A DNA stretch of 28,571 bases from a virus (IMGVR_UViG_3300020044_003285:1-28571), one strand, 5' to 3'; positions 14,190 to 24,509 are shown, counted from the first letter of the stretch. Notes: generated by a model not told the origin, from the sequence alone. Numbers and translations: made by a program.

Positions 14190-14435
14190 CTAGCCTTCCA
14201 CAATCTGTTCGGGATCCGTTACTGGTGCAACGAATACGTCGTTAACTTCATCATAGGTGTCCCCGATGCCGGCGAACTTGCCTCGAAAGTTTGCGTGGTA
14301 CGAGGTCTGAATCCAGCGACCACCTAAACCAAGGTCAACGGCAAGGAACTCTTCTCCCCGAGTTTCGATCTCGTTAGCGACAACCACAACTTCTGAAACA
14401 ATGTTGTCTTCTTCGATACGCGCAAAATGAGCCAT
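14190..14435 (-). CDS. Conserved small protein following the glycine-rich fibre gene
   Basis: MAHFARI...WIQTSY...FRGKFAGIGDTYD...D.F motif, which I recall from aquatic phages; possible fibre chaperone. Confidence 0.8.
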   Translation of the reverse strand: MAHFARIEEDNIVSEVVVVANEIETRGEEFLAVDLGLGGRWIQTSYHANFRGKFAGIGDTYDEVNDVFVAPVTDPEQIVEG

Positions 14436-14437
14436 TA

Positions 14438-15388
14438 CTACGCTCCTATCGTTGCTGAAGCGGTAAAGGTATAAGTGCGGAATCCACCAGCAACAACAAC
14501 CGAGGCCGATCCGCTAGGTGTAACCGTTAGCGCCGGATACGAATCGGGGTATTTGAGTGCCGCGACACCTGAACCACCGTTACCTGTTGTCGCGCCATTG
14601 TTGTTTGGAGAGTTTAGACCACCGGAACCTGAACCAGTATTAGCGGCAACACTTGTTTGCGTTGTATTGCTTTGCGCTCCGGCAGTTCCACCACCAGTTC
14701 CACCAGTCGTTGTGCTAGGGCTTGCCGAGGATGGCCCGGGAGCGCCACCACCACCACCGGCGTAAGTTGTTCCAGTAATTACGGATGCTTTACCGTTACC
14801 GCCATTACCTGATCGGTTTCCAACTAAAGTTGAGTTTCCACCAACCGCTCCAGCGCCACCACCACCTCCAGCACCCTTATCACCACCAGCAGTTGAAATT
14901 ACTGAACCACCAGCATTACCTTCACCAGCAGTTGTCACTAAACCACCTACGCCAAGAGTTGTTCCGTTCCATCCAGCACCACCACCAGAACCACCAGCGC
15001 CACCAGCGGTTAGCGCAGGACTGCTTCCACCGTTAGCACCACTACCGAAACCACCACCGTAAACGGTCTTTGTAGTTTTAGTACCCACATCTCCGGCAGT
15101 TGTGTGATATTGAATTGTGCTATTTGAGCCTGTATTACCAGAAGTGTTATTGCCGGTTACACCAGCCGCACCAGCACCGATCACAAGACTGTAAGTTTGC
15201 CCGAATGTAAAGAAATAGTTTCCCGTTGTGGCCTCGAACATTCCACCAGCACCACCACCACCAGAGACGCTAGAAGCGTTAGTGCCGTTGTTATTATTTT
15301 TCGCTCCAGAACCACCACCAGCGATAACAAGCAACTGTAAAGGGATGGCGTTCGCACCTCCACCGAGGAATCCTAAAGGCAACAGCAT
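14438..15388 (-). CDS. Glycine-rich tail fibre/receptor-binding protein
   Basis: LVIAGGG, many GGGG(A/S)G repeats, YAGGGGG, ANTGSGSGG, GNGGSGV. Confidence 0.8.
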   Translation of the reverse strand: MLLPLGFLGGGANAIPLQLLVIAGGGSGAKNNNNGTNASSVSGGGGAGGMFEATTGNYFFTFGQTYSLVIGAGAAGVTGNNTSGNTGSNSTIQYHTTAGDVGTKTTKTVYGGGFGSGANGGSSPALTAGGAGGSGGGAGWNGTTLGVGGLVTTAGEGNAGGSVISTAGGDKGAGGGGGAGAVGGNSTLVGNRSGNGGNGKASVITGTTYAGGGGGAPGPSSASPSTTTGGTGGGTAGAQSNTTQTSVAANTGSGSGGLNSPNNNGATTGNGGSGVAALKYPDSYPALTVTPSGSASVVVAGGFRTYTFTASATIGA

Positions 15389-15390
15389 GA

Positions 15391-16287
15391 CTAGACTCCC
15401 AAGTTACCGATCAAGTGACACACCCCAGCCGAGGCGCATACAACGGAAACGCCGGCATACTGTTTCGCCGTCTTCAAATACGAGTCAGCAGAGGTGAGCG
15501 TGACACCAGAACCTGCTGCAAAAGTAATCTGACCAGTTCCAGCCTGAATAAACTGAATGGATTCCCCAGCAGCTAGGACGTTAGCAATCGTGATTGTGAT
15601 TGCTGACCCAGTTGAGCGAATGAATGTGTTCTTGTCAGCAGAAGTAATCGTGTAGTTGGCGCTCTTGTCCGAAACGACCGTGGTAACAATTCCTGAAGCA
15701 ATCGCGGTCGGGGCCGACGAGAAATCAGTCCACGCGGATCCGTTCCAATATTCCGGCTTTGACAAAGTCGTGTTGTAGCCCGATCGACCCACAACCGGGG
15801 AAGCCGGGCGTGTAGCCGTAGCCCACACTCCAAAACGCGAACCCATAAATGTGCGCTGGTCGGTAATCGTACCGAGCGAAGTTGCCGCCGCCGCAATCGC
15901 AACATCCGCAATCTTGTATTGGAACACACCACCGTCGGTTTGAGTCAGCGTAGGTGCGACCGGGGAAGCCGCAGCTGTTCCAGCAACAATGGCGAGAACG
16001 ATGGAGTTCGCGGTCGGGTCAAGCGTAAGAACAATAGAGTCAATGCGAGGGTTTGTAGGGTTCGCCGTGCCGTGAGTAAGCGTTTCCGTGGCCGTCGAAA
16101 TGTAATAGTGTCCTCGCACGATTGCTTGCCCGGCGGCGATAGACGCAACCATAGCGCCACCAGCGGTCACCTTCAGTTCAGTACCAGAAGGGGATCCGTT
16201 TACGCCGTCCGCAAAGTTGCGAAACATCTGTGAAAACTGTGTCTCGCTAGTGTCGACGTTCTCAAATGGAAACGATGACTGTGCCAT
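15391..16287 (-). CDS. Minor tail/fibre protein
   Basis: NPRIDSIVL and ITDQR N-domain typical of actinophage minor tail proteins; position in the tail module. Confidence 0.8.
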   Translation of the reverse strand: MAQSSFPFENVDTSETQFSQMFRNFADGVNGSPSGTELKVTAGGAMVASIAAGQAIVRGHYYISTATETLTHGTANPTNPRIDSIVLTLDPTANSIVLAIVAGTAAASPVAPTLTQTDGGVFQYKIADVAIAAAATSLGTITDQRTFMGSRFGVWATATRPASPVVGRSGYNTTLSKPEYWNGSAWTDFSSAPTAIASGIVTTVVSDKSANYTITSADKNTFIRSTGSAITITIANVLAAGESIQFIQAGTGQITFAAGSGVTLTSADSYLKTAKQYAGVSVVCASAGVCHLIGNLGV

Positions 16288-16300
16288 GTTTATCTCCTCA

Positions 16301-17878
16301 TCATGCTATTTGTATCGTACCAGCGATATGAAAACTATCGGCGGTAGTGAGAGTGACCGGGACTGTTGAAGTAAAAGGAATGTCCTGAATGGTTGAGCCA
16401 ACTTTGTCAGCCGCGGAAAGGTACAGCACGTTAGACCCGGCTGTGACGTGACCTGAAATCTGGAACTGCGTGGGGCCAGAAACATCGTGCAAGCAACCGT
16501 CGCGCAAATCGTAACTGTGAATTGCCGAGTACGGCAGGGTCAAATAATACTGGCCCGTCCCGAAAGACGTGATACCGGTAAACGTGACCTTGATTGAAAA
16601 GTGAATCATGTTTCCAAAGCGCGTATATGATCCTTCAATTGCTGAAGCAGGGAATACAGGCGGAGTACCACTTGACCCACCACCGGGCTGGTAAATCGTA
16701 TCCACGCCGTTGCCAGTCGTATTTCTTTCAATGTTTGAGATACGCGTTTCTTGATTATCAATCTTCGCAATAATCTTTGCATCAAAGTTTGTTAGGACTG
16801 GTGTGCCAAGTGTTGCACTTACGCGAACACCGTCTTGCTGAATACTGATGCCGACCGCAGTCACAACTGCTGTGGACTCGGTCTCATCAATAACAACCGT
16901 CACCCGATCGCCAAGACCCCAGTCGTAGTCGTAACGCATCGTTTCACTATCGGTCGGAGTCACGGCAACGCTAATCCCGGTGTTTCCATTTTCGATAAGG
17001 TACTCCTGAGCCTTCTGAATTAGTTCAGTAGAATCGGCGGATCCCCGGTTATCTAAGAAAGTCTCTATGCGCCTCTTCCAGAGCGTTTCAGCCGCCAACG
17101 ACTGCGTAGTCGTTCCTTCATAAAAGACGCGCTCCTCGGCTTCCCCAGCACCTCCCACAATGACTCTCGTAGACCTAGGGTTCGCGTAGTCGTATTGTGT
17201 CTTTGTGAGTTTGTTATTTACCAAGTCCATGCGGATAGTCGATGAACGGTCAACCGGAACATAAACCTGAAATTCCAAGTTGCTACCTGACTGCTCAATC
17301 TTGTAACCAATACCACCAGCCGCAGCTACAGGGTTAAACAATTCTTGAAGCGTCTCAAAACGCGCCGCAGCAGAAACGACTGAGCCACGGCCCTGATCCG
17401 TCTCAACAGTCAAATAAGAGATTGCTCGAACCGTCCCAGCGCTTGCACAAATGTTTGCCGACACATATTGTTTCAGAACTGTCTCTGCGTACCCAGAACG
17501 ATTGTCATAGGCAAAGTCTTGAGTGGCAACGTTTGCATTTGCCGGCTGTGGATAGGCAAGCCGATCGGAAAGTAACGCTGAGTCATCAATACCTGAAATC
17601 TCCCAGTACCCCACAACATCTGAAGTGGACTGAACCAGTGTGGCGTGGATTGTGTTTCCAGAAAGAATCACACCGTTTACCCCGGTAAGGATAAGACCGT
17701 AGCCCGGGGTTCGAAGTAGTTCAGCGGCATCGCTACCGTTTGGAAGGTTGAGAATCCACGAGCCTACGTTGTTAAAGCGAGAAACGAATGTTGCACCGAC
17801 TAATTCGGTCGGCATAATTTGACCGACACGGTTCAGGTTGGAGTCACGAATTTCAACCGTGAGGTCGGTGATGAGCAT
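16301..17878 (-). CDS. Minor tail (hub) protein, ReqiPepy6 Gp37-like
   Basis: RFNNVGSW.L, VGGAGE, RRIETFLD.R, DWGLGDRVTV; follows Dit. Confidence 0.8.
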   Translation of the reverse strand: MLITDLTVEIRDSNLNRVGQIMPTELVGATFVSRFNNVGSWILNLPNGSDAAELLRTPGYGLILTGVNGVILSGNTIHATLVQSTSDVVGYWEISGIDDSALLSDRLAYPQPANANVATQDFAYDNRSGYAETVLKQYVSANICASAGTVRAISYLTVETDQGRGSVVSAAARFETLQELFNPVAAAGGIGYKIEQSGSNLEFQVYVPVDRSSTIRMDLVNNKLTKTQYDYANPRSTRVIVGGAGEAEERVFYEGTTTQSLAAETLWKRRIETFLDNRGSADSTELIQKAQEYLIENGNTGISVAVTPTDSETMRYDYDWGLGDRVTVVIDETESTAVVTAVGISIQQDGVRVSATLGTPVLTNFDAKIIAKIDNQETRISNIERNTTGNGVDTIYQPGGGSSGTPPVFPASAIEGSYTRFGNMIHFSIKVTFTGITSFGTGQYYLTLPYSAIHSYDLRDGCLHDVSGPTQFQISGHVTAGSNVLYLSAADKVGSTIQDIPFTSTVPVTLTTADSFHIAGTIQIA

Positions 17879-18732
17879 TAGTGGATAACCTCATAAGCCA
17901 AAGCGTACTCACAGACAATTCGAGTGTCCGAAGTTGAATTCAAACCTGTGACTTCGATGGTTGTCGATCCGGGTTGGATGGGGAACAACTTAGGTGCAGG
18001 AGCAAGAGACGCATATTTATTCGCGCCCGAGTCATCGACAACAGTTCCAGTCTCCGTATTAATAAAGATGCTCTTTCCAGCATCAATTGTTCCAGTAATT
18101 GAAAAGGTCAAACCGTTAGCGCTAGCAGAGAAATCCGTGATCGGGCCAGTAATAGTCCAGTTCGGAAACACCGGCACGTCCGCAGAAGACACCACCGTGA
18201 TAATACCCAGCGAGTTAGAAGATGTAACTTTCAACTTTGACAACTGAGGAAGCAACCCACGACCAAGGTTTCCAGTACGAACCACAAACGACTCAGTAGA
18301 GGTTGATTCCCAATACGGTGACGGCGCTTTGAATGACAACATCCACTCGCACCACTCCATGCCCTCGCTTTGACCCCACTGCGATTCTGCACCACCGGTG
18401 TAATGAATATCAATAGAGAGCTGCTTGCCGTCTGAGTAAGTTGCGAGAAGACGAGATGGCCCAGTCGTATCTTGAGTCAACCGTGCAATGCGTCGAAGTT
18501 TCTCCTGCACCTCGTTGCGGTCGGATCCCAACACGGTAATAGGCAGGTCAATGTTACGAACGGCACGTTTAGTGTGCCGCCAAACACCACCGTCCCCAGC
18601 AGACGGATCGATACGGACGCTAGTTGGTGAAATACCAAAACCAGCCATTCCCGGGTTCAAAACAAACGAGGCATTGTCAAACGCAATTGTGTCACCGTTT
18701 GCACCGAGCAGGGAGTAGTTTACGGTTACCAT
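17878..18732 (-). CDS. Distal tail protein (Dit)
   Basis: Directly after the tape measure; APSPYW and P.WTITGP motifs. Confidence 0.8.
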   Translation of the reverse strand: MVTVNYSLLGANGDTIAFDNASFVLNPGMAGFGISPTSVRIDPSAGDGGVWRHTKRAVRNIDLPITVLGSDRNEVQEKLRRIARLTQDTTGPSRLLATYSDGKQLSIDIHYTGGAESQWGQSEGMEWCEWMLSFKAPSPYWESTSTESFVVRTGNLGRGLLPQLSKLKVTSSNSLGIITVVSSADVPVFPNWTITGPITDFSASANGLTFSITGTIDAGKSIFINTETGTVVDDSGANKYASLAPAPKLFPIQPGSTTIEVTGLNSTSDTRIVCEYALAYEVIH

Positions 18733-20465
18733 CCTGCCACCACCGATGCGCGTCGCATAGCGTTCAAGAGCGCCTCCTCACTATCCAGCGAATCGTTAGG
18801 TGCCGCATAGTAGTTGATTGTTTTACCGTTGGCTTTGTCTAGTGGTGTGACGCGAGCGCCTTTCGGAAGGCTAAGAATCTCTGCACCTCTTTCACCGACC
18901 ATGACGGATCCTGCGCTGGTAAGCGTTCCACCCATTGCGAGTTTAGGAAGAGAAGGGATATTGAATCCCCAAGTCTGACCACCAATACCCGGAACCCAGT
19001 CAGGTACTTTAATCTTCATGTTGTTAATTATTCTGATTGCCGAGTTTATTGCGTCAATGATTGCGTTAAAAGGTGCTTTGACGAAGTTGACAATTCCGCT
19101 GAATACTTTGCCGACACCGTCAACGAGACCTTTCCAAAAGTCAGCGAAGAATTGACCAAACGATGCGAACGCTCCACCGAACCATGAAACGATTGCACCC
19201 CATGCAGACTGGATTGCTCGAGTAATGTTTCCCCACGCGGTGGCAAAGAATTGACCAATGGTTGCCCAGAACTTGCTCCAGTTTGTTCCGAAGGCTATAA
19301 GCGCCGATCCAAACCATGAAACAATTGCACCCCAAACTGCCATCACGTAAGCACCAATTCCAGACCAGAATGAATTCCAACCGTCAGCGATAGCGGTCAA
19401 AGATTCTCCGAGCCAAGTGGTGAAACCATCCCAAACATCGGACAAGAACGTAACGACCGCATCCCAGTTCATAATCAAGAGTGTAAGCCCGGCAATCAAC
19501 AGGCCGATGCCTAGAACAATCCATGTGAAAGGGTTGGCAAGTAGGGCCGCGGTGAAAGCCCAGATTGTGGGTATAACCGCGACCAAAATCATGGCGGCAA
19601 GCCCAGCAAGAATTGGAATGAGGATGTTCGTATTGTCAGCCAAGAAACCAATCGCCGGAATAATGTAATCCGTTAGAAATCCTTGAACACCTTCTAGAGC
19701 CGGGAGAAGGGCAGTACCAAGCGCCTGAACGGTGTCATCCCACGAGGCCGCCATAATATCGCCAGCAGTCGCTGAAGCCGCCGCGGCCCCACCAACCTGT
19801 CTTTCAACCTCACCCATGATGACTGCTTGTGCGCCGGCAATATCGCCAGCCTCCATCATTCCCTCAATCATTGCTTTCTGATCGTCGGTGAACTGAACAC
19901 CAACACGAGAAAGAGCGCCAACACCCTTAATTGGGTCGTTGAGTGCTTTACCAAGCATGACCGCTTTAGAAGAAGCGTCCCCACCGAACACAGTAGCCAT
20001 GTCCATTGACGCTTGTGTAGCCCGGTCAAACATTCCACCAGTCTCACCAGCCGTTGCACCGAGTTCCTTAAAGGTCATCAGTTTTGTTTGCGCTGACTTG
20101 ATTACGTCATCGTCAACACCGGTCAACATCATCTGCGCCGTAGCAAATTCCTGCAAACGCCCAACAACCGAATCCGTACCTGCACCGAACAAGCCCATAG
20201 AAGTGGTGACCTGTTGCAGAGTAGCATCTACCCTTTGCCCGGCTTCTGCTGAAGCAAACGCATCGCCCAGCGCCCGACCAATACCAGCCGCCGCTATAAT
20301 CCCAGCAATCGGAGCAATCGAACCCTTAATACCACCAGCCAAACCAGTCCCAGCGGCCTGACCAGAAACTGCACCAGCAACACCCATCTCCTTGGAGAGG
20401 GCAGATTGAATGCCGACCGTAGTTGGAATAATCTGGACATACGCTTCTGCAATACGTTCAGCCAT
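18726..20465 (-). CDS. Tape measure protein
   Basis: AEAYVQIIP start, LGKALNDP, Trp/Phe-periodic repeats, VGERGAE at the C-terminus. Confidence 0.92.
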   Translation of the reverse strand: MAERIAEAYVQIIPTTVGIQSALSKEMGVAGAVSGQAAGTGLAGGIKGSIAPIAGIIAAAGIGRALGDAFASAEAGQRVDATLQQVTTSMGLFGAGTDSVVGRLQEFATAQMMLTGVDDDVIKSAQTKLMTFKELGATAGETGGMFDRATQASMDMATVFGGDASSKAVMLGKALNDPIKGVGALSRVGVQFTDDQKAMIEGMMEAGDIAGAQAVIMGEVERQVGGAAAASATAGDIMAASWDDTVQALGTALLPALEGVQGFLTDYIIPAIGFLADNTNILIPILAGLAAMILVAVIPTIWAFTAALLANPFTWIVLGIGLLIAGLTLLIMNWDAVVTFLSDVWDGFTTWLGESLTAIADGWNSFWSGIGAYVMAVWGAIVSWFGSALIAFGTNWSKFWATIGQFFATAWGNITRAIQSAWGAIVSWFGGAFASFGQFFADFWKGLVDGVGKVFSGIVNFVKAPFNAIIDAINSAIRIINNMKIKVPDWVPGIGGQTWGFNIPSLPKLAMGGTLTSAGSVMVGERGAEILSLPKGARVTPLDKANGKTINYYAAPNDSLDSEEALLNAMRRASVVAGW

Positions 20466-20847
20466 TATTCCTCCTGCCGGGGTTCATCTTATTCAGGATA
20501 CTGTCTATCTCTTCTCGGGAACGATTACCGCGCGGAGCAATCCTTTGACTGGATTGATTCCACGGCCTTTCCATCGTATCGCCCTTTTTAGAATTGACGC
20601 GAAGAGTAAGGTCGAAAATGTTAGCCAGCAGCATCCACTCATACGAAGCCGGGTGCTTCCAACCACTAACCGCAGCACACAAAGCGTTCGACGGATCCCG
20701 AGTCAACGCTTCCACAAGGTGAACGCCTTCTCGCCAAGAAATAGAACGCCCGACCTCGTCGTACCCGATAGAGTATTGCCTCCTGAAATCGGAATATAGA
20801 GCAGTCGGATACTGCTCCTCAATTTCTAGGAGGCGTTCGATTCCGGG
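20458..20847 (-). CDS. Tail assembly chaperone, frameshift extension (gpGT-like)
   Basis: -1 frame relative to the upstream chaperone, overlaps its end, and has no good start of its own. Confidence 0.7.
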   Translation of the reverse strand, partial: PGIERLLEIEEQYPTALYSDFRRQYSIGYDEVGRSISWREGVHLVEALTRDPSNALCAAVSGWKHPASYEWMLLANIFDLTLRVNSKKGDTMERPWNQSSQRIAPRGNRSREEIDSILNKMNPGRRNNG

Positions 20848-21080
20848 AGTGAAGCGCCACCAGACCAAGCACGGATTACTTTGCCAAACTCCTCAGCCGG
20901 CATTTCATCAAGCGCCGCAAGTTCAGCAGAATCCTCACCGAGCAACGTTTCCAAAATAATGAAAACGCGATCCTCTTCGTCTTTTGCCAACTTGCGTGAC
21001 TTACGAATCAAACCAGCCGGTACTTCTTTCATGATCGGCAGTTCGAACTCTTTACCTTTGTGCGTGAATTTATACGTCAT
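20826..21080 (-). CDS. Tail assembly chaperone (gpG-like)
   Basis: Between the major tail and tape measure genes; ends W...SLPES. Confidence 0.8.
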   Translation of the reverse strand: MTYKFTHKGKEFELPIMKEVPAGLIRKSRKLAKDEEDRVFIILETLLGEDSAELAALDEMPAEEFGKVIRAWSGGASLPESNAS

Positions 21081-21100
21081 GTCATTCCTTCCAACAGTAA

Positions 21101-21128
21101 TGGGGAAGAGCCTTGCGACCCTTCCCCA
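21101..21128 (-). terminator. Hairpin after the major tail gene
   Basis: TGGGGAAGGGTC-gcaa-GGCTCTTCCCCA; attenuator or mRNA-stabilising stem. Confidence 0.6.
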
Positions 21129-21142
21129 ATACTATCGCGTTG

Positions 21143-21667
21143 CTACTCGAACTCGGAGTAGAAGACGTCTGCCGAGCGACCGTCGGTGGAGTAAGCGGTA
21201 ACGGTGATGCCGTAACCGATTGCCTCTCCGTTGGTGTATTTCTGTGGCTCAACAGCGGTGACTTCTCCAGCAGGAACGTAGTGGCGGATTACCTTGTCAT
21301 CGTCAACCACGTCAAAGACGAACGAACGGCGGCCACCAGTTGCGCCCGGGTTTACTTCAATCTTGCCAGCGACAGCAGTCGCGCCAAAGTAAAGTTCGAT
21401 TACGTCAAGCGACGTTTCAATAAGCGTAAACATATAAGTCAGCGAGGACTCTGTTACGACCGTGCGAACAAGGTCAGCGTTCTGCCAAGCGTTGATCGGG
21501 CTAGTTGACTTGTCCGGCGTGAACTCAAGACCATCAGTTGAAAGATAGCCGACCTCGCTGAAACCAGTCAACGTTGATGATGTGCTGGTTGGTGCGGTGG
21601 CTGTGGTCTCACCGTAATAGACTGCGCCAGTGACACCGACGCGCACTGCACTTGCTGTTAGTGCCAT
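21143..21667 (-). CDS. Major tail protein
   Basis: GYLSTDG, INAWQ, FTLIET, YGITVTAY; strong AAGGAG RBS. Confidence 0.88.
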   Translation of the reverse strand: MALTASAVRVGVTGAVYYGETTATAPTSTSSTLTGFSEVGYLSTDGLEFTPDKSTSPINAWQNADLVRTVVTESSLTYMFTLIETSLDVIELYFGATAVAGKIEVNPGATGGRRSFVFDVVDDDKVIRHYVPAGEVTAVEPQKYTNGEAIGYGITVTAYSTDGRSADVFYSEFE

Positions 21668-21678
21668 GTTGTTTCTCC

Positions 21679-22086
21679 TTATTTATCGGATGCCAAAACG
21701 ACAAGATTAAAAGTGATATACCTTTGCTCTTCTATTCCATCGTTACTGACGCGAGTAGGTGCGGAGGTCGCATCCACTCTCTTTATATTACCGCCAACCG
21801 ACACTCGGATGACAGATTCAACGATTCGGGCGAGCGTGTTTGCGTCCGAATAAGTCTGCGCGTACACGTTTACCCCTAAACCTTCAAGGCGCATCAAATC
21901 ATTAATGATATTTGAACCACCCTGTGAGCGCACCGTCACAATCTTTCCTGGATACGGCGAATAGTTAGCCGGCGGTTTCCGCACGGAAACAAACACGTCA
22001 ACAGCTACGGGATCCGTCTCCAACGCAAGTGCGTCAACAATACGCTCCACAAGGATGGCTTCGGTGTCCTCAAAAATAGTGTTCAT
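21679..22086 (-). CDS. Tail terminator
   Basis: Position before the major tail; VRSQGG...VNVYA pattern. Confidence 0.7.
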   Translation of the reverse strand: MNTIFEDTEAILVERIVDALALETDPVAVDVFVSVRKPPANYSPYPGKIVTVRSQGGSNIINDLMRLEGLGVNVYAQTYSDANTLARIVESVIRVSVGGNIKRVDATSAPTRVSNDGIEEQRYITFNLVVLASDK

Positions 22087-22334
22087 GCGGATAGCCCTTT
22101 CACAATAGAAGCAATACGGCCCGACTCTGCTTCTGACCAGTGTGCCGCTTCATCCATTGTTGTTGCTTCAGCAATGACACGATTCTTGTGCTGGATAGCA
22201 CCATCAACAGTCCAATCGCCACCAATAGCATCGGCAACGCGCTCCGCTTGCGAAATTACAAAGTCCTCAACCTCAGAAGAACGAAGCAAGTTACCAACCC
22301 CGGAACGATCAAGTACGACCTTTGTAACGGTCAT
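22083..22334 (-). CDS. Neck/tail-completion protein
   Basis: Start ATG 22334 (ATGA overlap); GVGNLLRSSEV; synteny. Confidence 0.65.
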   Translation of the reverse strand: MTVTKVVLDRSGVGNLLRSSEVEDFVISQAERVADAIGGDWTVDGAIQHKNRVIAEATTMDEAAHWSEAESGRIASIVKGLSA

Positions 22335-22663
22335 GCGAGTCTCCTCCGTACTTTGACAACCGAATACTGGATGGCTGAACGGAAAGGTGAAATCCACGTC
22401 ATTACGGATCCGTCCTTAACCCACGTATCGCCGCGAATAATAAACTCGTCGCATTCGTCAACCGTGGCAGTAACCGGGACGTAAAGCGTTGCCGATTGAA
22501 TAATCGGGTCTGAATCAATAACCACAGGTTCGCTGGTGGAATCAAACTCAACTAGACAACCAGAAACCTCAACCTCGGTCACCGACTGCGTAGGGATACC
22601 ATACTCGTCTACCGCACCAGCGGTACGAGCAATGACGGTGATTGTTTCGTTACCCGGAAACAT
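22331..22663 (-). CDS. Head-to-tail stopper
   Basis: Start about ATG 22663; DEYG, TLYVP, IRGDTW.KDG, W.SPF. Confidence 0.75.
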   Translation of the reverse strand: MFPGNETITVIARTAGAVDEYGIPTQSVTEVEVSGCLVEFDSTSEPVVIDSDPIIQSATLYVPVTATVDECDEFIIRGDTWVKDGSVMTWISPFRSAIQYSVVKVRRRLA

Positions 22664-23069
22664 CAAACCAGATTGTATCGTCGGGCGATCCTGCTCGCCA
22701 GCCAAGGTCAACTTCAAAAGCCTTAGTGCGAGTTGAAGGTGAAAGAATTGCGGTTTCCGATTCAGTCATAAACAGACCAGAATCGTTTCCCATGAACGTG
22801 CGCGATTGTGAAAATGCGCCGACCGTTTCTTGGAGTGTTCGTACCCATTCAGGGTTACGAAGTAGGCGTGTGACCATCGCCACCACGACCATTGTGACGC
22901 GCTCTACCGGAATCGTCTCCGCATCAATACGTGCTTGAAGCCCGGGGTACGTGGCTAGAATAACTTGTTCCGCGTCACCGAGAAGCGTTTCAACGAGCGC
23001 TGAATCGGTCGGTACATCGTTACCAACCCAACGGTCAGTTACGTCGGTGAAAGTTGCCCATGTAGCCAC
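22650..23069 (-). CDS. Head-to-tail adaptor
   Basis: WAT..DV..RW, MV.R.LRNP, T.G.FSQS; follows the capsid gene. Confidence 0.8.
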   Translation of the reverse strand: MATWATFTDVTDRWVGNDVPTDSALVETLLGDAEQVILATYPGLQARIDAETIPVERVTMVVVAMVTRLLRNPEWVRTLQETVGAFSQSRTFMGNDSGLFMTESETAILSPSTRTKAFEVDLGWRAGSPDDTIWFDVSG

Positions 23070-23090
23070 GGTTTCTCCTTGCTGAAACTA

Positions 23091-23125
23091 TGGGGATGGC
23101 CGCGTATAGAAAGCGACCATCCCCA
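23091..23125 (-). terminator. Hairpin/terminator after the major capsid gene
   Basis: TGGGGATGGTCGC-9 nt-GCGGCCATCCCCA-TAGTTT. Confidence 0.65.
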
Positions 23126-23135
23126 CCAGTTAGTT

Positions 23136-23996
23136 CTAGTCGTTGGTGATTTTGGTGAACGCGTCAATGTCTCCGACGCGGAAGCCAATCTCAATCTCAG
23201 CGAGAACGGCGAACATATTCTGCTGGAAGAGGTTGATGGTGTTTTCACCATCGACCAACGTAGCCTGATCGCTGACCTTGATAACAACGTCTTCGACCGA
23301 ACCCCAGACAGCCTGTGACCAGTCTCCACCGAAACCGACGGTGGGGATTGTTGCGTCGTAGGCTGCGCGAGACTTGAAGACCGGACGGCCCAGAATCGAA
23401 CCGATAGTTCCTTCAGTCGTTGCGTTAGCGAGGAACAACGGACGGCCAATATCATCGGTCGTGTTCAGGATGACCGACTCAAGTTGAGGCGAGACGATGA
23501 ATCCGTTGTGGTCAAATCCCTCGGCGTTAACCGTGGTGATGGAGTTGACGAACGCGGCATATGCACCAGCGGTTGCAATGTTGACGGCGGTTGCCGAGGC
23601 AAGCGTGTCAAAGTCCGAACCGGGAGCAGTTCCGAAGAACACGGTCGAGTCGAACTTCTTAGCGAGAGCCGCAGGAAGACGGTCAACGAGTGCGCCGTAG
23701 AGGGCAGGAAGGTCGCGACGGAACTCGTTAGAGAACGTCTCGATAACTGCCAACTTGTAACCGCGCAGAATCTTCTGCGAAGCCGTTCCGTTGCTTACTG
23801 GCTTTGCGTCGGTTTCAGCAACCCACGAGGCCGTAGGCTCACCGGTGACGATCGAAATGGTCGATCCGTTTCCGGGGAGGTTAATGCGACGAGCAGCAGT
23901 CTGGACAGCGGATGCTTCCGTCATACGTCCGAGAATTTCGGTCGAAACAGACGAAGGCAGGGAGAGGCCTGAAGAGCCTCGGTTAATGTCAACCAT
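23136..23996 (-). CDS. Major capsid protein (HK97 fold)
   Basis: WVAET..KP, KLAVI..FS.E, GRPLF, GDWSQ, NLFQQNM.A...E.E.G. Confidence 0.93.
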   Translation of the reverse strand: MVDINRGSSGLSLPSSVSTEILGRMTEASAVQTAARRINLPGNGSTISIVTGEPTASWVAETDAKPVSNGTASQKILRGYKLAVIETFSNEFRRDLPALYGALVDRLPAALAKKFDSTVFFGTAPGSDFDTLASATAVNIATAGAYAAFVNSITTVNAEGFDHNGFIVSPQLESVILNTTDDIGRPLFLANATTEGTIGSILGRPVFKSRAAYDATIPTVGFGGDWSQAVWGSVEDVVIKVSDQATLVDGENTINLFQQNMFAVLAEIEIGFRVGDIDAFTKITND

Positions 23997-24010
23997 GTGG
24001 ACATTTCTCC

Positions 24011-24493
24011 TTAGAGTAGAGTGCCAAGCGCTCGGGCGAACGACTCGGCTGTTGAGTTTGTTTCTTCAGTTTCACGGCCTTGCTGACCGATCGGCTTAGG
24101 AGTCTTAGGGCTTGCTTGATCCGCAAGCAGTTTCAGGAGCGCATCTGCCTGAACAACAATCTCTTCTCGAGTTGAGCCTGTCAAAAGTTTCACGGCTTCG
24201 CCGGTAATACCCTTATCGGAAGCAATCTCTAGACGAGCGCGTTCAGCGCGTTCTGCCTCAAGTTCCTTTTCAACCGCTACCAGACGTTCAGCGCGTTTCT
24301 CATCTTCACTCTTCAGCGAGGATTCGTATTCACGCCACCGATCGGCAGCATCTACGTTTGACTTTGCTCGCGATTCCCATTTCCGGGCTTCGCTCTTCCA
24401 GTCAGTCTCTTCAACAGTCACCTCGCCCTGCGGCGCAGTTTCTTCACCCTGCGGTTCTGGTGTTGATTCGGTTTCTACGTTTTCGGTTGTCAT
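24011..24493 (-). CDS. Scaffolding protein
   Basis: DWKSEARKWE.RAK.N, coiled coil, LLTGST.EE; precedes the capsid gene. Confidence 0.85.
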   Translation of the reverse strand: MTTENVETESTPEPQGEETAPQGEVTVEETDWKSEARKWESRAKSNVDAADRWREYESSLKSEDEKRAERLVAVEKELEAERAERARLEIASDKGITGEAVKLLTGSTREEIVVQADALLKLLADQASPKTPKPIGQQGRETEETNSTAESFARALGTLL

Positions 24494-24509
24494 TAGAACT
24501 TGTTCCCTT

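Noticed and set aside
14438-15388. Diversity-generating retroelement target or DNA repeat array in the fibre gene
   Set aside because: The CCACCA repeats are just Gly codons; I saw no reverse transcriptase and no template/variable repeat pair.
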